Sequence record: SRR31156797_707
Direction: 5' to 3' (one strand)
Length of the DNA: 64,000 bases
Under the pieces are notes generated by a model that did no database searches, was not told the DNA's origin, and worked only from the letters and a program-made list of their open reading frames with translations. A program made the translations under genes and the position numbers. Each line of letters begins with the position of its first letter. Position 1 is the stretch's first letter. Positions 39,639 to 50,396 of this stretch are shown in pieces.

Positions 39639-40363
39639 TCCATCCCGTTTAATATTTCTTCTGCTTTTTTCAAATCTTCTTCTGTATCAACAGATACAGG
39701 CTTGTATGTAGTCTCTATGACCTTTATCCCTGTGCCGTTCTCAAGAGCTCTAAGCTGTTCGAGCTTCTCTATCTGCTCCAGCTTTGAAGGCTCCAGCTCT
39801 GTGAACTCCATAAGCCAGCTCTTACGATAACCGTAAATCCCTATATGCTTATAATATTCTACCTTACTGCCGCCGTCTCTGTCATGAGGGATAACACTTC
39901 TGGAGAAATAAAGAGCCATTCCATTTTTATCTTTCACAACCTTAACTGAATTAGAATCTGAAACATCTTCTCCAGAGTCAAATCTACAGGCTGCGGTATT
40001 CATCTTAACGTCCTTATTACTTTCAAGATCGTTAATGAGTGTATTAATAAGCTCAGGATCGATGAATGGCTCATCCCCCTGAACGTTGATAACTATTTCA
40101 TCCTCAAGATATTTCGCTGCGGCAGCTACCCTATCTGTTCCAGACTGAAGCTCAGGCGAAGACATAGTGGACTCAAGCCCGTCTACCCCTTCACAAACCT
40201 CAAGAATCTCCTGCGAATCTGTAACCACAATAACCCTGTCCGCTTTTGATTTCATACACTTCTCAGCGACTCTAAGGATCATCGGTATATCTTTAATCTT
40301 CTTCAAAGGCTTACCAGGAAGCCTTGTAGAAGCGTATCTCGCTGGTATTATTACAATACTCAT
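39635..40363 (-). CDS. kdsB: CMP-KDO synthetase
   Basis: [27 protein letters not shown] and [10 protein letters not shown] motifs. Confidence 0.96.
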   Translation of the reverse strand: MSIVIIPARYASTRLPGKPLKKIKDIPMILRVAEKCMKSKADRVIVVTDSQEILEVCEGVDGLESTMSSPELQSGTDRVAAAAKYLEDEIVINVQGDEPFIDPELINTLINDLESNKDVKMNTAACRFDSGEDVSDSNSVKVVKDKNGMALYFSRSVIPHDRDGGSKVEYYKHIGIYGYRKSWLMEFTELEPSKLEQIEKLEQLRALENGTGIKVIETTYKPVSVDTEEDLKKAEEILNGMD

Positions 40364-40365
40364 TT

Positions 40366-40707
40366 TTACCCCTTAATCATACTAACAGCCATCGCCACAG
40401 TCTCGCTATGGGATATGCTAACCTGAATATCTTCTCTTAACTCACCGCACAAATATACAACAGGAGCACCTGCATTGTCATTCAGTATCTCTATTTCTTT
40501 GAAAGAAAATTTACCGATTCCGGTTTTTAATGATTTAGAGATAGATTCCTTTGCGGCAAAACGTCCGGCAAGAAAGCCGATACTCTTATTACGTTTGAGA
40601 TAAATCTCTTTTTCACCATCGGAGAGTATCCGATTAATGAAACTATCACCAAGCTTTTCGACAGAATTTTTTATCCGTGCGATCTCAATGATATCACACC
40701 CGAGCAT
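40366..40707 (-). CDS. acpS: Holo-ACP synthase
   Basis: [13 protein letters not shown] and SISHS motifs. Confidence 0.94.
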   Translation of the reverse strand: MLGCDIIEIARIKNSVEKLGDSFINRILSDGEKEIYLKRNKSIGFLAGRFAAKESISKSLKTGIGKFSFKEIEILNDNAGAPVVYLCGELREDIQVSISHSETVAMAVSMIKG

Positions 40708-41428
40708 CCATCAATGCCTTATGTATTAATTCTTTCATCTCACGTACAGCTGTCTCAAGCCCGACATAAATAGCCCTTGCGATGATAGAATGACCGATAT
40801 TCACCTCGTTCATCCCCGGGATAGTGACTATCTCAGCAATATTACGGTAGTTCAGCCCATGACCAGAGTTGAGCACAAGACCAAGCTCACGGCTAAGCTC
40901 GCCAGCAAATATAATGCGTGAAAGCTCTTCCCTCTGAGCGGCTCCTTTACTGTCTGCATAAGCACCTGTATGGATTTCTATCGCATCCGCACCTGTATCA
41001 GCGGAAGCTTTGATCTGATCGTTATCAGGGTCAACAAAGAGGCTGACATATACGCCGGAACCTTTAAGCTGCCTGACAGTATCTTTTATACTCTCAAAAT
41101 TACCTTTAACATTCAGCCCGCCCTCGGTTGTAAGCTCTTCCCTCTTTTCAGGAACGAGCGTAACCATATCAGGATGGGTATCGAGAGCTATATCTATCAT
41201 CTCTCTGGTACATGCCATCTCCAGATTCAGGCGTGTTTTAACGGTCTCACGAAGGATTTCTACATCCCTGTCATTTATATGTCTTCTATCTTCCCTAAGG
41301 TGGATAGTGATCTGATCTGCACCGCCAAGCTCAGCGAGCACTGCCGCATGAACAGGGTCAGGCTCAGTAATAAGTCTGGCCTGCCTTACGGTTGCGACAT
41401 GGTCAATATTAACACCAAGTTTTACCAT
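40694..41428 (-). CDS. pdxJ: Pyridoxine 5'-phosphate synthase
   Basis: [31 protein letters not shown] and NIGHS motifs. Confidence 0.98.
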   Translation of the reverse strand: MVKLGVNIDHVATVRQARLITEPDPVHAAVLAELGGADQITIHLREDRRHINDRDVEILRETVKTRLNLEMACTREMIDIALDTHPDMVTLVPEKREELTTEGGLNVKGNFESIKDTVRQLKGSGVYVSLFVDPDNDQIKASADTGADAIEIHTGAYADSKGAAQREELSRIIFAGELSRELGLVLNSGHGLNYRNIAEIVTIPGMNEVNIGHSIIARAIYVGLETAVREMKELIHKALMDARV

Positions 41429-41429
41429 C

Positions 41430-42797
41430 TTATGAAAGCTCCTCTATCTCTTTAACAGCGAGTTCGCCAATTTTTGAAGCGTACTCTTCGATCTTCTTCT
41501 GGTCTTCGCCCTCAAGCATAACCCTTATCTTATTCTCAGTACCGGAGTAGCGAACCAACACCCTTCCGGTTCCTTTAAGTATATCATTAACTGCCTCTAT
41601 CTCTTTTGATGTTTTCACAAGCTGCTCAAGAGGAAGCTTGCTCTTTACCTGATAGTTTTTAAGTATCTGCGGATAAAGGGTAATAAACTTTTTCAGCTCA
41701 CTAAGCGGTTCACCTGATCGAACTATAACTTTCAGAAGCTGCATAGCACTCACAAGCCCGTCACCAGTAGTATTATAGTCACTTAAAATAATATGACCGG
41801 ACTGCTCACCGCCGAGGTTGTAACCGTTTTTAAGCATCTCTGCCATAACGTATCTGTCGCCGACATCAGTGCGGACAAGCTTTATACCGACACGCTCCAT
41901 AGACTTTTCAAAACCGAAATTACTCATAACGGTTGTAACCATAGTGCTTTTATTAAGAAGCCCCTGCTCGTTCATATACTTAGCGCAAATCCCCATGATG
42001 ATATCGCCGTCTACCATATCGCCGTTCTCATCAGAGAAGATGACTCTGTCGCCGTCACCATCGAATGATATACCTAGGTCTGCGGATTTCTCCTTAACCA
42101 TTTTACACATCATATCAGGATAAACCGAACCGCAACCTTCGTTAATGTTAAACCCGTCAGGCTCGTCACCAATCACATGTACATTAGCCCCCAGCTCTCT
42201 TAGTGCCATAGGACCAACCTTGTAGTTAGCTCCGTTAGAGCAGTCAACCACAAGCTTCATCCCTGAAAGGTCTATATCTTTGTCGAATGTATTTTTTGCA
42301 AATTCCACATAACGACCTATAGCTGTATCTATACGGTAAGCTTTACCGATCCTGTCTGTGGAGATAGGGATTTCACCATTATCAATCATCTCCTCAGTAA
42401 GCTGTTCAATATTATGTTCAACTTCATCAGGGAGTTTGAACCCGTCACCGGAGAAAAACTTTATGCCGTTATCGTAATAAGGATTATGTGATGCGGATAT
42501 TACAACACCAGCATCAGCACGTAAACCTCTTGTGATAAAAGATATAGCTGGAGTAGGAAGAACACCTACAAGTATTGCGTCAAGCCCCATGGATGTGATC
42601 CCTGATACAAGTGCTGATTCGAACATGTATCCCGAAATCCTCGTATCTTTACCGATAACGATTCTGTGAATTTTTTTATTACCAGAAGAAAAATGCTTTG
42701 CGACAGCCTGCCCAAGCCTAAGTGCGAAAGTCGCTGTCATAGGGAATTCATTAGCCTTCCCTCTCACCCCGTCAGTCCCGAAATACTTCCTCATCAA
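41430..42797 (-). CDS. glmM: Phosphoglucosamine mutase
   Basis: [28 protein letters not shown] and RYSGTE motifs. Confidence 0.97.
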   Translation of the reverse strand: MMRKYFGTDGVRGKANEFPMTATFALRLGQAVAKHFSSGNKKIHRIVIGKDTRISGYMFESALVSGITSMGLDAILVGVLPTPAISFITRGLRADAGVVISASHNPYYDNGIKFFSGDGFKLPDEVEHNIEQLTEEMIDNGEIPISTDRIGKAYRIDTAIGRYVEFAKNTFDKDIDLSGMKLVVDCSNGANYKVGPMALRELGANVHVIGDEPDGFNINEGCGSVYPDMMCKMVKEKSADLGISFDGDGDRVIFSDENGDMVDGDIIMGICAKYMNEQGLLNKSTMVTTVMSNFGFEKSMERVGIKLVRTDVGDRYVMAEMLKNGYNLGGEQSGHIILSDYNTTGDGLVSAMQLLKVIVRSGEPLSELKKFITLYPQILKNYQVKSKLPLEQLVKTSKEIEAVNDILKGTGRVLVRYSGTENKIRVMLEGEDQKKIEEYASKIGELAVKEIEELS

Positions 42798-43686
42798 CTA
42801 CCTCTACTCTAACCTTTGCAGGTTCAACGCTCAATACTTTGAACACTTTTGAATTATTTAAATTAAGTTTTCTCAAATACTTACCTTTTACTCTGATAGT
42901 ACTTAAGTCAACAGTTGGATATATCTCACTCTCAATCATCTCTTGTGTAAGCAGGTCCACCCTTCCGGCAACTTTTACCTTTATAGTATCCTGCACTATA
43001 GCCTTCAGACCTTCCTGAGTCATTATAGGTAAAACAGGTAAAGTGACCTCACTCTCCTGAATATCTTCTTTAAAATGGATAAAAACTTCAACCTGAGAAG
43101 GGAGATATTCCTGCACACCCTCATAAGGCTTAAGCCCGATGCTGTATGTGATAGGCTCACTCCTGTCTGTCAGGTTAACCGGTAATGTCTGAGCAGTGGT
43201 AAGCTCTTCTGTTTTAGATTTAGCTGCCTTCACCTGCACCTTTTCAGGATAAACAGAGACAGAGCCGACTTTATAACCGACTGCTGGCTCACCGATAAAG
43301 GTTGGAGCAACTTTAACATCTTTCATAATAAGTGAATCTACAATAATCTCTATCGCCGCAGGCTCAATATTTACAACCTGAATACCGGCAGGGATCTTAA
43401 TACTGTTCACATCTATGATTGTATTGGTATAGCCGGATTTCATCTTAGAAACATCTATTTCAATGCTTACGTCATTGAATTTCTCATCACTAACAAGTGA
43501 TCTGGGACCTTTCGCATGTACGTTAATAAGGTGCTCGTCAGTAACCGCAACAAAGCCGTCCGGTATGTTTGTGAGTTTAACAGGAACATATAACGAAATC
43601 TCCTGAAACTCACCAGTGACAAGGCTAAGCCAGAGACCAATCGCAACGAAAACTGAAACTATCTTAAGAGGCAGATTATTTAACAT
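42772..43686 (-). CDS. cdaR: CdaR/YbbR-like regulator of diadenylate cyclase
   Basis: N-terminal transmembrane segment (KIVSVFVAIGLW) plus repeated YbbR-like segments; between cdaA and glmM. Confidence 0.85.
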   Translation of the reverse strand: MLNNLPLKIVSVFVAIGLWLSLVTGEFQEISLYVPVKLTNIPDGFVAVTDEHLINVHAKGPRSLVSDEKFNDVSIEIDVSKMKSGYTNTIIDVNSIKIPAGIQVVNIEPAAIEIIVDSLIMKDVKVAPTFIGEPAVGYKVGSVSVYPEKVQVKAAKSKTEELTTAQTLPVNLTDRSEPITYSIGLKPYEGVQEYLPSQVEVFIHFKEDIQESEVTLPVLPIMTQEGLKAIVQDTIKVKVAGRVDLLTQEMIESEIYPTVDLSTIRVKGKYLRKLNLNNSKVFKVLSVEPAKVRVEVVDEEVFRD

Positions 43687-44470
43687 TTCCAGCCTCCTTC
43701 TTCTTAGCTAATCTCTTCTTTCCGAAAATCTCTTCCAACAGTTCACGGAGCTGATCAGCGTCAAGCTCATCAGAAAGCTGACCATTCTGAGCAACAGTGA
43801 TAGAACCCTTCTCCTCACTAACAGCGATAGCAAGTGCATCAGTCTCTTCTGTAACTCCCACAGCGGCTCTGTGGCGTGTTCCGTAATTCTTACCGAGATC
43901 AGTCTGGCGAGTAAGCGGAAGGATGCTACCAGCAGTAGTTATCCTACCATTGGAAATAAGTACAGCACCGTCGTGAAGCGGAGAGTAAGGGATAAAAATA
44001 CTAATTAGTATCTCTCTTGAGATCATACAATCGAGTTTATGACCAGTATCATCGAGGAAATTTTCAAGGTCTGTGTCACGCTGTAAAACGATAAGCGCAC
44101 CTATCTGCCTGTTAGCAAGTATAGTCGCTGCCTTAACTATTTCATCGAGGATAACGGATTTCGCCTTTGCAGAGCTACCGAAAACTCTAGTTTCACCTAT
44201 GAAGGCTAGCGCACGGCGTATCTCATGCTGGAAAAGCACAACGATAATTATAAAAATGTAACCTGTGAAGTTGTTGAGTACCCAGCTTGTAGTCTTAAGC
44301 CCGAGGAATTTTGCACCGATAGAAACAAGAACCAGAAGCATCATACCCATAAGCATAGGGAGCGCACGGGTCCCCTTAATAAGAAGGAGAATATAGTATA
44401 CAACTATCGCAATGATAGTTATATCAACAAGATCAAAAATACCAACTGATTTGATCAGCTCAAGCATCAA
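43676..44470 (-). CDS. cdaA: Diadenylate cyclase CdaA (DacA)
   Basis: Three N-terminal transmembrane helices; PLHDGA and GTRHRAA catalytic motifs; VSEE. Confidence 0.96.
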   Translation of the reverse strand: MMLELIKSVGIFDLVDITIIAIVVYYILLLIKGTRALPMLMGMMLLVLVSIGAKFLGLKTTSWVLNNFTGYIFIIIVVLFQHEIRRALAFIGETRVFGSSAKAKSVILDEIVKAATILANRQIGALIVLQRDTDLENFLDDTGHKLDCMISREILISIFIPYSPLHDGAVLISNGRITTAGSILPLTRQTDLGKNYGTRHRAAVGVTEETDALAIAVSEEKGSITVAQNGQLSDELDADQLRELLEEIFGKKRLAKKKEAGNVK

Positions 44471-45317
44471 TCTCCCCCGCTTCCTTAGATTTCATGTATA
44501 CACTTATCATATCGGCAGTTTCTCCGATATCATGTGCTCTAATTATGTCTGCACCCTTCATAAGTGCAATTGTTTCTGCCGCTATAGTTCCAGCGAGCCT
44601 CTGCTCCGCCGGTCTACCTGTGACAGCGCCTATCATAGATTTCCTCGAAATGCCTGCCAGCACAGGGAAACCGCTCTCTTTAAACTGATCAAGCTCCATC
44701 AGGAGCCTAAAATTATCTTCAACTGTCTTCCCGAATCCAAACCCCGGGTCGAGACAGATAGAACTCTCGTTTATACCGTCTTTAATACAGTTTTCAGCCG
44801 CATCAAAAAGAAATCTCTTAACATCATCAACAATGTCTATATATACAGGATTATCCTGCATAGCTTTTGGTTCACCAAGCATATGCATTATACAGACAGA
44901 ACTTTGGTATTCTGCACATACCTTTCGCATTTTCTCATCACGCATCCCGGTGACATCGTTTATCATACCTGCGCCATTCTCCAGCGCCGCCTTGGCAACA
45001 TCAGGCTTATTAGTATCCACAGATACAAACAGACCGCTCTCACTTGCGAGCTTAACCGCTGGGATAACTCTGGTGAGCTCATCCGCAACAGAAACAAAAT
45101 CTGAACCAGGTCTGGTCGATTCACCGCCAATGTCGGTAATATCAACACCTTTGGAAGCGAACTCCTCTATACGGCTTATCATCCCGTCTATAGAGTTATA
45201 AACACCGCCATCGCTGAATGAATCTGGTGTAACGTTTAGAATCCCCATCAATAAAGGCTTCTTAAGTGAAAAAGATCTCAGCCTCGATTTAAGGATACCC
45301 CACCCCACTTTAAACAT
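44460..45317 (-). CDS. folP: Dihydropteroate synthase
   Basis: MGILNVTPDSFSDGG, GGESTRPG, DPGFGFGK, SRKS and RAHD motifs; exact start uncertain. Confidence 0.96.
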   Translation of the reverse strand: MFKVGWGILKSRLRSFSLKKPLLMGILNVTPDSFSDGGVYNSIDGMISRIEEFASKGVDITDIGGESTRPGSDFVSVADELTRVIPAVKLASESGLFVSVDTNKPDVAKAALENGAGMINDVTGMRDEKMRKVCAEYQSSVCIMHMLGEPKAMQDNPVYIDIVDDVKRFLFDAAENCIKDGINESSICLDPGFGFGKTVEDNFRLLMELDQFKESGFPVLAGISRKSMIGAVTGRPAEQRLAGTIAAETIALMKGADIIRAHDIGETADMISVYMKSKEAGEIDA

Positions 45318-45320
45318 GCA

Positions 45321-45342
45321 AAGGCGTACTTTCGTACGCCTT
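45321..45342 (-). terminator. Hairpin after ftsH (terminator or processing/stabiliser stem)
   Basis: Minus strand AAGGCGTAC-GAAA-GTACGCCTT followed by only a short T run. Confidence 0.6.
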
Positions 45343-45387
45343 CACAAGTCATTTCAGATATTTATTTAGATGAGAAAGATCAAGGAC

Positions 45388-47253
45388 TTAAACAGTCTCT
45401 GTCTCCTCTTCTTCAACATCGTTGACTTCAGCGTCCGCTGGCTGCTCTTCAGGCTCTTCTTTACCCATGAGAGCATCAATTTGTTTTCCGTCTATAGTCT
45501 CTTTATCAAGGAGAAGCTTTGCCACCCCATGAAGAAGTTCAAGGTTGTCTTCGAGAATCTGTGTAGCGGTATTGTAACCGTCCATAACAAAATTCTTAAT
45601 CTCTTCGTCAATGGAGATAGCCGTAGACTGGCTAAAGTCAGCAGCGTGACCAAACTCTTTACCGAGGAAGACATTATCATCTTTCTTACCGTAAGCGAGA
45701 GGTCCCATCTTTTTACTCATACCCCAGCTGCAAACCATCTTTTTAGCTATGTCAGATGCACGCTCAATGTCGTTGCCAGCACCAGTAGTAAGCCTGTTAA
45801 AGATAAGCTCCTCAGCTACACGACCGCCCATAAGGACAGCGAGCATACTTTCCATATACTCTTTTGTATACATATGCCTGTCATCCTGCGGAAGCTGCAT
45901 AGTAACACCGAGTGCCATACCTCTAGGGATGATGCTCACTTTATGTACTGGGTCAGCCTCAGGGATAAACTTAGCTACAATAGCGTGACCAGCCTCGTGA
46001 TATGCTGTGTTCTCTTTCTCTTTTTCGTTAATGGCCATCGAGCGACGCTCTTTACCCATCATAACTTTATCTTTTGCCTCTTCAAAATCGCTCATATCAA
46101 CGGATTCTTTGTTCTTTCTAGCAGCTAAAAGAGCCGCTTCGTTCACAAGGTTTGCAAGCTCCGCACCTGCATATCCCGGTGTACCTTTAGCGATAATTTT
46201 AAGGTCAATATCGTCACTGGTTTTTACGTTTTCAGCATGAACCTCTAGGATCATATGACGACCGTTCATATCAGGTGCAGGGACAACAACCTGTCTGTCG
46301 AAACGACCAGGACGCAGAAGCGCAGGGTCGAGTACGTCAGGTCTGTTAGTAGCTGCGATGAGGATTACACCCTCGTTAGACTCAAAACCGTCCATCTCAA
46401 CGAGAAGCTGGTTAAGTGTCTGCTCACGTTCGTCATGTCCGCCGCCGAGACCAGCACCTCTGTGACGTCCGACAGCATCTATCTCATCCACGAAAATAAT
46501 ACATGGAGCATTCTTTTTACCCTGCTCGAAGAGGTCACGCACACGGGATGCACCAACACCTACGAACATCTCAACAAAGTCAGAACCGGATATGGAGAAG
46601 AAAGGCACACCAGCCTCACCAGCAACAGCCTTTGCGAGGAGTGTTTTACCTGTTCCCGGAGGTCCCACAAGGAGAACACCCTTAGGAATCTTTCCACCGA
46701 GTCTCTGGAACTTCTGAGGATCTTTGAGGAACTCGATAATCTCTTCGAGCTCTTCCTTAGCCTCTTCGATACCTGCAACATCTTTAAATGTTACCTTATG
46801 CTGATCCTGCGTAAGGAGCTTCGCCTTAGATTTACCAAAGCTGAAAGCCTTACCGCCGGCACCACCGCCCTGCATCTGACGCATGAAGAATATCCACACA
46901 CCGATGAGCAGAAGCATAGGGAGCCAAGAGATAAGCACCTGCATATACCATGGGTTTCTGTCAGGCGGGAGAGCTGTTATCTGAACTTTGTTAGCTCTGA
47001 GAGTCTTAACAAGCTCAACATCATCAGGGTTATAGGTCTCAAACTGACCACCCTCGAGGAACATACCGCTCACTCTATTCTGTTTAATAGTCACCGACTG
47101 AACATTGTTCGTTGCTACCTGATCGAGAAACTCTGAGTAGCTAATATTTTTTCTGGCTGCCTGTGTCCCGCTGATAACATTGAAAAGGAACACCATGATA
47201 AATGCTATTATCAGCCACAGTGCCAGGTTCTTGTAAAATCCGTTATTCATCAA
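45388..47253 (-). CDS. ftsH: ATP-dependent zinc metalloprotease FtsH
   Basis: Two transmembrane helices, [22 protein letters not shown] and HEAGH motifs. Confidence 0.99.
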   Translation of the reverse strand: MMNNGFYKNLALWLIIAFIMVFLFNVISGTQAARKNISYSEFLDQVATNNVQSVTIKQNRVSGMFLEGGQFETYNPDDVELVKTLRANKVQITALPPDRNPWYMQVLISWLPMLLLIGVWIFFMRQMQGGGAGGKAFSFGKSKAKLLTQDQHKVTFKDVAGIEEAKEELEEIIEFLKDPQKFQRLGGKIPKGVLLVGPPGTGKTLLAKAVAGEAGVPFFSISGSDFVEMFVGVGASRVRDLFEQGKKNAPCIIFVDEIDAVGRHRGAGLGGGHDEREQTLNQLLVEMDGFESNEGVILIAATNRPDVLDPALLRPGRFDRQVVVPAPDMNGRHMILEVHAENVKTSDDIDLKIIAKGTPGYAGAELANLVNEAALLAARKNKESVDMSDFEEAKDKVMMGKERRSMAINEKEKENTAYHEAGHAIVAKFIPEADPVHKVSIIPRGMALGVTMQLPQDDRHMYTKEYMESMLAVLMGGRVAEELIFNRLTTGAGNDIERASDIAKKMVCSWGMSKKMGPLAYGKKDDNVFLGKEFGHAADFSQSTAISIDEEIKNFVMDGYNTATQILEDNLELLHGVAKLLLDKETIDGKQIDALMGKEEPEEQPADAEVNDVEEEETETV

Positions 47254-47267
47254 TCACTCCGATTAGT

Positions 47268-47804
47268 CTAATCTGTAAATTCTACTGTGCATATATTTTT
47301 TAAGTTTCTGTAATATCCGTCGTAGTCAAGCCCATAACCTACTACAAATTCGTCAGGAATTTCAAAACCTTCATAGTTAAGTTTAATGTCTGCCACTCTT
47401 CTGTCAGGCTTATTCAATAGAGCAACAAGCTTCATAGAGGCAGGCTTACGTGTTTTAAGCATCTTTGTAAGATATGCTAAGGTCTTACCTGTATCAAGTA
47501 TATCTTCAACTATTAACACATGAACATCGTTAAGAGGTCTGTCAAGATCGCACAAAACCCTTACCTGTCCGGTTGATTCAGTCCCCTGATAGCTGGAAAC
47601 AGCGAGGAAACCTATCTCAACATTAACCCCTTCCATCTCACGCACAAGGTCAGACATAAAGATCACAGAACCTTTAAGCACACCAACTGCGAGAACATTC
47701 TTACCTATATAATCAGCGGAGATCTGCTTACCGAGTTCCTGAACACGGTTTCTGATCTTTTGTTCGCTTATCATTTCTTTTAAAGTATGTGGCTTCAAAA
47801 TCAT
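47268..47804 (-). CDS. hpt: Hypoxanthine phosphoribosyltransferase
   Basis: VLKGS, VEDILDTGKT and FVVGYGLD motifs. Confidence 0.96.
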   Translation of the reverse strand: MILKPHTLKEMISEQKIRNRVQELGKQISADYIGKNVLAVGVLKGSVIFMSDLVREMEGVNVEIGFLAVSSYQGTESTGQVRVLCDLDRPLNDVHVLIVEDILDTGKTLAYLTKMLKTRKPASMKLVALLNKPDRRVADIKLNYEGFEIPDEFVVGYGLDYDGYYRNLKNICTVEFTD

Positions 47805-49054
47805 AACTCCAGATTTTTCCTGTCAACAGACAAAGTTATAGTATCATCACTGGAAATATTTTCAACCCATACAATGCATTTCTCGAAAAGAATTATCAAG
47901 GATGTATCCCTTAAAAAAAGATCAAGCTTCTTATCAATAAAAACGTCTTTCAGTTTTTTACTTCCAAATTTATCGCCGACAGCTCTATTTCTGACCGTAA
48001 GCTCCCTATCTATCCACTCTCCAGAGAATTTCAAGGTCTTCCCCAAGTGCTTAATGTGCACCTCTTTCTGACCTGCTGGTTTTAATATTTCAAATTTATC
48101 TACCAGTCTTTTATGGAAAAGCCTGAGCAATTTTTCACTCTTTTCAAAGCGGTAGCCGTCCGGCATATCTATTCTGACAGAGAATTCACTCTCTACAAGA
48201 TGCTTCATATCTTCGATGTGCCTGCGCTCAACCCTGAAGATACCAGATGACATTTTATGAAGAAGATAATCCTGCTCAACCTCGTGTAAACAGTCAAATA
48301 TTTTCCTGTCCAATGACTTTACATTTTCATCAGAAGTATCTATTAAATTTAAAAGTTTTCCACTTAGATAATCATCATACCTGACTGCATCGTGCATTAT
48401 CCCAAGTATGTTACTCTCAAAGCCTGGTCTATACTCTGACAAAGCATTGGTGATATGGTTCCTTATAAAATTACGCAAATATCTCTCATCATCATTCGTT
48501 TCGTCGATGGCAAAACCCATTTTACACTTGTCTAGGTATTCTAAAATTTCATCAGACGTAATCTCAAGCATAGGTCTGAAAAGGTTGCTATCACGTTCCA
48601 GTATACCCTTCAGAGAGAAAACGGATGCGCCTTGAACGGCATGTATGAAAAATGTTTCTACAACATCATTTTTTGTATGAGCAGTAAGGAGCAGGTCAGC
48701 TTCAAAATACTTCATAGCCTGATGGAGTGCCCTATAGCGGACAATACGTGCGCCATGCTCAAAACTAACTTTTTTTACTTCGCAATATCTGGGTACATCA
48801 GCCTTATATGAGGTAAAAGGTATCGATCTGGTCGCACAGAAATCAGCGCAGAACTTTTCGTCCCATCCTGAAGTTTTCCTCGCCAGATGGTTGACATGAC
48901 AAGCAGCTACAGTATAGCCCTTAATCCCTTCGTTCTTTTTAAGGAAGTGCAATAAAGCCACTGAATCCTTTCCGCCTGAAAACGCTACCAGTAAACGCCT
49001 GCCGACAAAGTCGCCCAGTTTAGATTGAAGCTTTTTTTCAAACGATAAAGTCAT
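47801..49054 (-). CDS. tilS: tRNA(Ile)-lysidine synthetase
   Basis: SGGKDS PP-loop, HVNH, AHTKND and DETN..RN motifs; tilS-hpt-ftsH synteny. Confidence 0.93.
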   Translation of the reverse strand: MTLSFEKKLQSKLGDFVGRRLLVAFSGGKDSVALLHFLKKNEGIKGYTVAACHVNHLARKTSGWDEKFCADFCATRSIPFTSYKADVPRYCEVKKVSFEHGARIVRYRALHQAMKYFEADLLLTAHTKNDVVETFFIHAVQGASVFSLKGILERDSNLFRPMLEITSDEILEYLDKCKMGFAIDETNDDERYLRNFIRNHITNALSEYRPGFESNILGIMHDAVRYDDYLSGKLLNLIDTSDENVKSLDRKIFDCLHEVEQDYLLHKMSSGIFRVERRHIEDMKHLVESEFSVRIDMPDGYRFEKSEKLLRLFHKRLVDKFEILKPAGQKEVHIKHLGKTLKFSGEWIDRELTVRNRAVGDKFGSKKLKDVFIDKKLDLFLRDTSLIILFEKCIVWVENISSDDTITLSVDRKNLEL

Positions 49055-50396
49055 CTCTCTTTACAAACAGCTCCTCAAATTTCTTTTTCATATCATCATA
49101 GCCGGACTTGCCGAGCATTCCGTACGCATAATTCTTACCCTCTTCAACCCCCGGCTGGTCGAAAGGATCTATGTCGCAGGCGAGACCAACAACAGGAACA
49201 ATGTACTGAAACATCATAAAGAGTGATCCAACAGTGTATTCATCTATGGAGTCTATGGATATTTTAAGCGAAGGCTTGCCAGTATTTTTTAGTGCCGCCT
49301 CAGTAGCGAGAAGCTCAATATTGCAAAGCTCACCGAGTGAGTGACCTTCGAGGTATCCGTAGTCGTCATATTCAGCTATAATTTTCTTATCTTTCTCATG
49401 TTTCTCAACTTCTATGAAGGTAACGATCTTATCCTGTGGTCCCTCTTTAAAGAGCTGAACCTGTGAGTGCTGGTCGATAACTCCAACCGCCCTTACAGGT
49501 GTTGAGCCGAAAAGAACCTCTTTACCTTCGATATCAAATCTCTTGCCGAGGCTCTCACCCCAGAGCTGGCAAAACCAGTCTGCGAATGATGCAAGCCTTG
49601 ATGAATAAGGCATTATAGCGTTTATATTCCTGCCGTTATCCATGAAATACATATATATTGATGATAGAGTAATTATCTTTTCATATTTATCTTTTGTGGC
49701 TGCTGCCGCACCCTCTAGCAATTTATCGATATCTATACCGAGTAACGCCGCAGGGAGGAGCCCAACAGGCGAGAGGACACTAAAGCGTCCGCCGACATTC
49801 TGAGGAACCTCAAAACTGTCAAAGCCTTCTGCATCTGTGATTTTCCTGAGTGTACCATTTTCAGGATCAGTAACAGTGCATATATGTTTCTTCGTGTCTT
49901 TAACACCATCGTCAAGCCACTCGAATATGATATTAAAATTAGCCGCAGTTTCAACTGTGCTGCCTGACTTTGTGATAACAACAACATAGGTATCTTCCGG
50001 CTCACACTCCTCAAGGATTGCAGAAATCTTTGATGGATCGACATTATCAGCAACCCAAACACGAGGAAAACCGCCACGCTGTGGGAAATTTCTGGCGTTA
50101 TGTCCAAAAGGGAGTATAGCACCGCAGAGAGTCTCTATGCCGAGTGAGCTTCCGCCTATACCGATGAGTATAAGGTCATTATACTTACCGTTCATATCCT
50201 TTGCGAATTTCTTCATAGGGGCTGTATCCTGCTGAGGAAGGTTCACAAAGCCTGCTTTACCCTCATCAACAATCTTAAGGAGTCTGGAAAGTCCCATCCT
50301 CGCTTTCTCTCTGTATTGCTCAAGTGCAGAATCGTCAAGCCCGCCCTCTATAAAGGCGTCCATAGTGTAATTAAAATCAACTTTCATTCTCTGCAT
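49038..50396 (-). CDS. pgi: Glucose-6-phosphate isomerase
   Basis: GIGGSSLG, KSGST.ET, VGGRFSVLS, QLWGESLGK, DQHS and FDQPGVEEGK motifs. Confidence 0.96.
   Translation of the reverse strand: MQRMKVDFNYTMDAFIEGGLDDSALEQYREKARMGLSRLLKIVDEGKAGFVNLPQQDTAPMKKFAKDMNGKYNDLILIGIGGSSLGIETLCGAILPFGHNARNFPQRGGFPRVWVADNVDPSKISAILEECEPEDTYVVVITKSGSTVETAANFNIIFEWLDDGVKDTKKHICTVTDPENGTLRKITDAEGFDSFEVPQNVGGRFSVLSPVGLLPAALLGIDIDKLLEGAAAATKDKYEKIITLSSIYMYFMDNGRNINAIMPYSSRLASFADWFCQLWGESLGKRFDIEGKEVLFGSTPVRAVGVIDQHSQVQLFKEGPQDKIVTFIEVEKHEKDKKIIAEYDDYGYLEGHSLGELCNIELLATEAALKNTGKPSLKISIDSIDEYTVGSLFMMFQYIVPVVGLACDIDPFDQPGVEEGKNYAYGMLGKSGYDDMKKKFEELFVKRDDFIV

Noticed and set aside
44412..47136. Long plus-strand ORFs of 230, 252 and 293 aa
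   Set aside because: Antisense shadows of folP and ftsH, with no motifs or ribosome binding sites
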